Shown here: piece after piece, positions 58,894 to 64,000 of the stretch
Layout of the letters: the number at the start of each line of letters is the position of its first letter
Numbering within the stretch: position 1 is the first letter of the stretch
Assembly (NCBI RefSeq): GCF_009914755.1
Contig: NC_060927.1
DNA from: the human T2T-CHM13v2.0 reference genome, Homo sapiens
DNA: 64,000 bases
Direction: 5' to 3' (one strand)
Position numbers and translations under genes: made by a program
The notes under the pieces: generated by a model
Seen by the model: only the letters and a program-made list of their open reading frames with translations
Database searches by the model: none
What the model was told of the DNA's origin: nothing

Positions 58894-61800
58894 TGTGATG
58901 GTTAATACTGAGTGTCAACTTGATTGAAGGATGCAGAGTATTGATCTTGGGTGTGTCTGTGAGGGTGTTGCCAAAGGGGACTAACATTTCATTAAGTGGG
59001 CTGGGAGAGGTAGACTCACCCTTAATCTGGGTGGGCACCATCTAATCAGCTGCCAACACAGTTGATTATAATAGAATAATCAGGCTATAATATAAAAGCA
59101 GGCAGAAAAATGTGACTAGGCTATACTGGTTTGGCCTCCCAGCCTACATCTTCCTCTCATGCTGGGTGCTTCCTGCCCTCAAACACTGGACTCCAAATTC
59201 CTCAGCTTTGGGACTCGGACTGGCTTCCTTGCCCCTCAGCTTGCAGGTGGCCTGTTGTGAGGCTTTGTAATTGTGTGAGTTGATACTACTTAATAAACTC
59301 CAATTTTATATATACATACATCCTGTTAGTTCTCTCGCTCTAAAGAACCCTGACTAATACAGGTTTGGGTACCAGGAGTAGCTCTGGAGGAAAAAAATAT
59401 TAAAGATAAAGTTCTTTTGTTGGTTTTGGGGTTTCTGGAGTTGGCTGCTTAATATGATTAGACCCAAAAATGGTAAGAACTCTACTTCTAGTAGTATGGA
59501 GAACACTGATAGTCCTTAAAATAAACTGTCTAGAGAGTTATGCAAAATGAGTGCATATGACACTCCCGATTCACCATTCGTAAGAGGCAAAGTCTTTAGG
59601 GACTCTATACATAATACCTTTGACTATATGTGGAGAACCAAAGAAAATAATGAAGGTAGTTGGTTACTCCTAAGTTCAGTGGACAAAGTTATGAAAGAAA
59701 GTGATGAAATCAAGGTCATTAACTCCTCCTGGTTTCAGAAGCAGATACTGCGCCTCAAATCTTCTAAGAATGCGCTGAGTCAGAGTCTTATCTCCTTTAG
59801 AGAAGGGGCTGAAATTCTCCTGTAGAGAATTCTCCTTATCTCCTATAGAGAAAGGGCTGAAAAACAGATACAAGCTCTTATGCAAGTGGCTGACCTGCAA
59901 TGAAAGGTGCATGTACAGCCTTGCCATATGTCTACTGGAAAGTGAGGGCAGTGATTGGAAAAGAATAGGACCCTGCAACTTGGATTGGGGACATTTGGGA
60001 GGACTATGATTGAGCTGGGGACACTGAGCTTGTAAACTCTGATAAATCTTTTTTGTTAGTAAAAAGAGCTTCCCTATCCCCAGTAGTGGCAACATCCCCT
60101 CCATGACCCACACTGACATCACCCTTTTCACCTCTGTCTGAGGAAATAAACCCTGTGCTGCTTGAGGCAACAGTGATGGCCTCCCCTAATGCAGTTGCCA
60201 GGCAAGATAATGTTGCTTCTCCTCAGGAGCTACCCCCAATACCCTGTTTGCTTCTAGGCCTATAACTAGATGAAAGTTCTGGTGGGTCCCTAGAGATGAG
60301 GTTGAGAGTGTGACCCATGAGGAGGTACACTACACTCAAAAAGAACTGCTTGAGTTTTATGATTTTTATAGGCAGAAATCTGGAGAAGAGGCATGGAAAT
60401 GGATATTGAGGGTGGATAATGGTGGAAAGAACATTGATTTGGTCCCATTAAGTAGGGATTCTGCATTTAATGTTGCAGCTCAGGGAGTTTTAAAAAGTTC
60501 TAATAGTTAATTTGCTTCGTTAGCTGAAATATGGATTAAAAGATGGCCCACTGTGAGGAAGCTAAAAATGCCTGATCTCCCTTGGGGTAATGTAGAGGAA
60601 GGGATCCACAGGCTTAGGGAGATTGAGATGGTGGAGTGCATTCATCACTTTAGACCTGCACATCACAGCTGGGAGGGTCCAGAACATATACCCTTGACCA
60701 ATGCTTGCAAAATAGATTTGTGAGGGCAGCACCTGCATCCTTGAAGAACCTTTAATAGCTCTTCTCTGTATGTCAGATCTAACAGTGGGAACCACAGTCA
60801 CTCAATTACAAAATTTAAATACAAGGGGAATCATTGGACCCTGAAGTGGCAGGGGCCAAGTGGCAGCACTCAACCATCAAAGGCAAGGTGGTCAAAGCTA
60901 CCATAATGGACAGCAGAGGAAAAGCAGCAATCAGAATAGTCTGAGTCATGTGGCTATCTGGCATTGGCTAATTAACCATGCTGTTCCTAGAAGTGAAATT
61001 AATAGGAAGCCTACTGCATTCCTACTTAATTTATATAAGCAGAAAACTTTCAGGTCGAATGGACAAAGCACTAATTTGAATTATTATTAGTCAATATGGT
61101 AAGAAGTGAGTTAAAGTGTTGGCTGGGTTGATTTACCCAGACTATCAAGAGGAAATCAGTCTATGACTCCACAACAGAGGTAAGGAAGAGTTTGCATGGT
61201 ATACAGGAGATCCATTAGGTCATCTTTTAGTATTACCATGCCCTGTAATTAAGGTCAGTGGGAAACTACAACAGCCCAATCCAAGTAGGACTACAAGTGT
61301 TCCAGACCCTTCAGAAATGAAGGTTTGGGTCACTGCACCAGGAAAGAAACCATGACCTGCTGAGGTGCTTGCTGAAGGCAAAGAAAATACAGAATGCGTA
61401 GCAGAAGAAGTTAGTCATCAATACCAGCTATGTGACCAGTTACAGAAAAGAGGACTATAATTGTCATCAGTATTTTCTCCTTCTTCTGTTAAAAAAAAAA
61501 GTTTGTACATGTGTACACTTTCACTAAGAAAATATCTTCATTTTATTTCCTTTTTCCTTTATTATGTGACATAAGATTTATTGACTTCATATCGGCATTT
61601 AAGTATTGTTAACTTTATGTAATAGCATTTGTTTTGGGGATTGGTGCATTTCTGGTTGTACGAAGGATAGTTGTATTATGTTAGGTGTAATTATGACCTT
61701 ATTACTGTTTTTATTTGAAGGTTATGCATGATCTCAGGTGAGGTGTATGGGTTCAAGTTGACAAGGACTTGTGATGGTTAATACTGAGTGTCAACTTGAT

Positions 61801-62216
61801 TGGATTGAAGGATGTAAAGTATTGATCCTGGGTATGTATGGGAAGGTGTTGCCAAAGGAGATTAACCTTTGAGTCAGTGGGCTCGGAAAGGTAGACCCAA
61901 CCTTAACCTGGGTAGGAACCATCTAGTCAGCTGCCAGTGCAGCTAGAATATAAAAGCAGGCAGAAAAATGTGAAAAGGCTAGACTGGCTTAGCCGCTGAG
62001 CCTACATATTTCTCCCACTTTGGATGCTTCCTGCCCTTGAACATTGGACTCCAGTTTCTTCTGCTTTGGGACTCTGACTGGTTTCCTTGCCCCTCAGCTT
62101 GCAGAGGGCCTATTGTGGGACCTTGTGATCATGTGAGTTGATACTACCTAATAAACTCCCTTTTATATGTATAGATCCAATTAGTTCTGTCCCTTCAGAG
62201 AACCCTGACTAATACA
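58894..62216 (+). mobile_element. HERV-L provirus with MLT2A1 LTRs, internally deleted (3.3 kb)
   Basis: LTRs at 58894-59361 and 61770-62216 (tgtgatggttaatactgag...ctaataca); gag remnants (ORFs 59547, 60310, 60860); TSD ACATC/ACATT. Confidence 0.95.
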
Positions 62217-64000
62217 ACATTGAAATCATGTTTCATTTTCATTGATTGTTCATGGAATTCATGGAAATGCCTTGGACATTTTGAATCAAAAACATTCTGA
62301 TCAAAATAGACCCGTAGGGTACTATAATGAACACTGGGATCTTGTGTCTAAAGGACTGTCACCTTTTATAACAGCAATAACTGCTACTTCCCTGTTAATA
62401 AGAGCAACCAAATGATAGGATCTCTCATCACTATTTTAGTCTGCATTCTGTGGAAGTGCTTCTAAACTTGTACCACACTCAAACTTATTCAGTTAGTAAA
62501 CTAGTTTCTTATGATGTTCTTCCTTCTGCTCCCCATTTTACTATCTCCAGATGAAATAATCTAAATTCTGTCACTCTTCTGTCCCTGCCTTCAGAAGAAA
62601 TGCCATATAATTGTATAATCTTAACCAACCAGCTTCTCTCTCCTAGAATAAACCTGTAAGAAGCCTCCCTTGCTAATTCTGATGTTACTTGGTATATAGA
62701 TGGATTTTACTTAAAGGACAAATGTGAAATTTATCACTCAGGTTATGCTATAGCATCCTTGACCGAAGAAATAGAACATTCTTATCTTTCAGGATTGACC
62801 AGAACTCAACGAGCAAAATTAATAGCATTAGTTGGAGCCTGCAAATTTTTAAAAAGAGTAACTTCTCATATTTATACACATAGCAGATACAGTTTTTGGG
62901 TAGTTCATGACTCTGAAATGCTTTGGAAATAAATAGAATTTTTAACTTATTGTAGTCAGTCCATAAAAATGAATACATTGTTGCAGAATTACTGGAATTA
63001 TTGGAAGCCATACTATTAACCAAATCATTAGATATTATCAAGATCCCAAGCCATTCAAAGTCAGACACTCCAAAAAGCAAGGGAAATTAATTAGAAGATA
63101 GTACAGCAAAAAGAGTGCCCTTAATGTATTAGAACAAGAAAACCAACCCATTTTATCTTTTTAGAAAGCACTTGATTTTGATACAATAATTTCAAAAATT
63201 CCAACAATTAACACAATCAAAAGTTCCAAAAACAGAACAAGAAAATTGGGAAACAAAAGGGCGGATGTATTCCTCCACAACTGAGATATGGTATGGACCA
63301 AACAGTTTATTACACTTCCAACCAAATTACAGTCATCTTTCTCAAGTTACATATTTCCATGATTAAACCCAGTGGGGCCCCAGAAAGATGGTTTGTTGGG
63401 GGAAAACGATATTAATAGGAACATTCTCCAGTGGTTGTTCATAAGATGTTGCTATATCTCCATAAAACATAATCCAAGATAAACTTTACACAGTTCTCAA
63501 GGTAATTTTTCTTTACCAGAAGGCCCTTTCAAGGGATGACCACTAAATTTTATTTGGCTACCACTATCACAAGAATACAAGTACGTTCTAATGATGACTT
63601 GTATGCTTTCTCATTGAGTAGAAGCACTTCTATGTAGAAGAGAAACAGCCTTAGCAGTAAGTAAAATTCTCTTAGAAGAATTATTGCAACTTGTGGAGTT
63701 CCCTTAGTACTTCATAGTGACAGAGTCACTCATTTTACTGGACAAATAATGCAGTCAGTATGTAAAATTTGGCCTATTCTCCAACATTTCCAGTGTGCCT
63801 GTCATGCCCAGTCACTATCATTCTGTTAGTGGAATGCACAAACAGAATCATCAAAACTTAATTGGCAAAATTAACTGAGGTTTTAAAAATTCCTTGGCTG
63901 CAAGCTCTTCCATTTGTTTCATTTGACCTAAGATCAACCCCTTTTTGTAAATACCAACTGTCTTCATTTGAAATCCTAACAAGCACACCTATACAACTGT
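62217..64000 (+). pseudogene. ERV1 pol, RNase H and integrase remnants
   Basis: Manual translation gives NRPVGYY (~62305), VTWYIDG (~62684), YKYVL/VEA (~63575-63625) and LHSDRVTHFTGQ (~63710); many stops and frameshifts. Confidence 0.85.

Larger units (their letters stand above)
54205..64000 (+). mobile_element. ERV1 internal region (MER57/MER34-int-like), decayed, extends past the window
   Basis: Colinear gag, pro, RT, RNase H and integrase remnants; interrupted by L1PA8 and HERV-L. Confidence 0.88.

Overview
Primate (human-like) nuclear DNA, AT-rich and made mostly of interspersed repeats. I can support no host protein-coding gene, RNA gene or CRISPR-type array; the ORFs in the track are retroelement remnants or chance frames. 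Main contents: two full-length, same-strand, inactivated L1PA elements 10.0 kb apart (L1PA4/5-type at 8553-14614, L1PA2/3-type at 18557-24591); older L1s (L1PA8 to L1PA16/17, L1M); five Alus; many solo LTRs (MLT2A1, MLT1, MST, two MER11, MER52, two MER67-like, MER34-like); a collapsed MER66-like provirus; and a decayed ERV1 provirus (LTR, PBS, gag, pro, pol; runs off the right edge) containing an internally deleted HERV-L/MLT2A1 provirus and an L1PA8 fragment. I found no evidence of a new biological system. The most notable signals concern genome dynamics. First, the two full-length L1s belong to different subfamilies yet share several non-consensus mutations, including one identical nonsense codon, which suggests gene conversion or an assembly artefact. 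Second, at least three 90-190 bp insertions were copied from nearby sequence, two of them inverted. Third, the L1 pair shows the 5'UTR with and without the ~129 bp ZNF93-bound segment. Subfamily names come from remembered consensus diagnostics, not from a database search.
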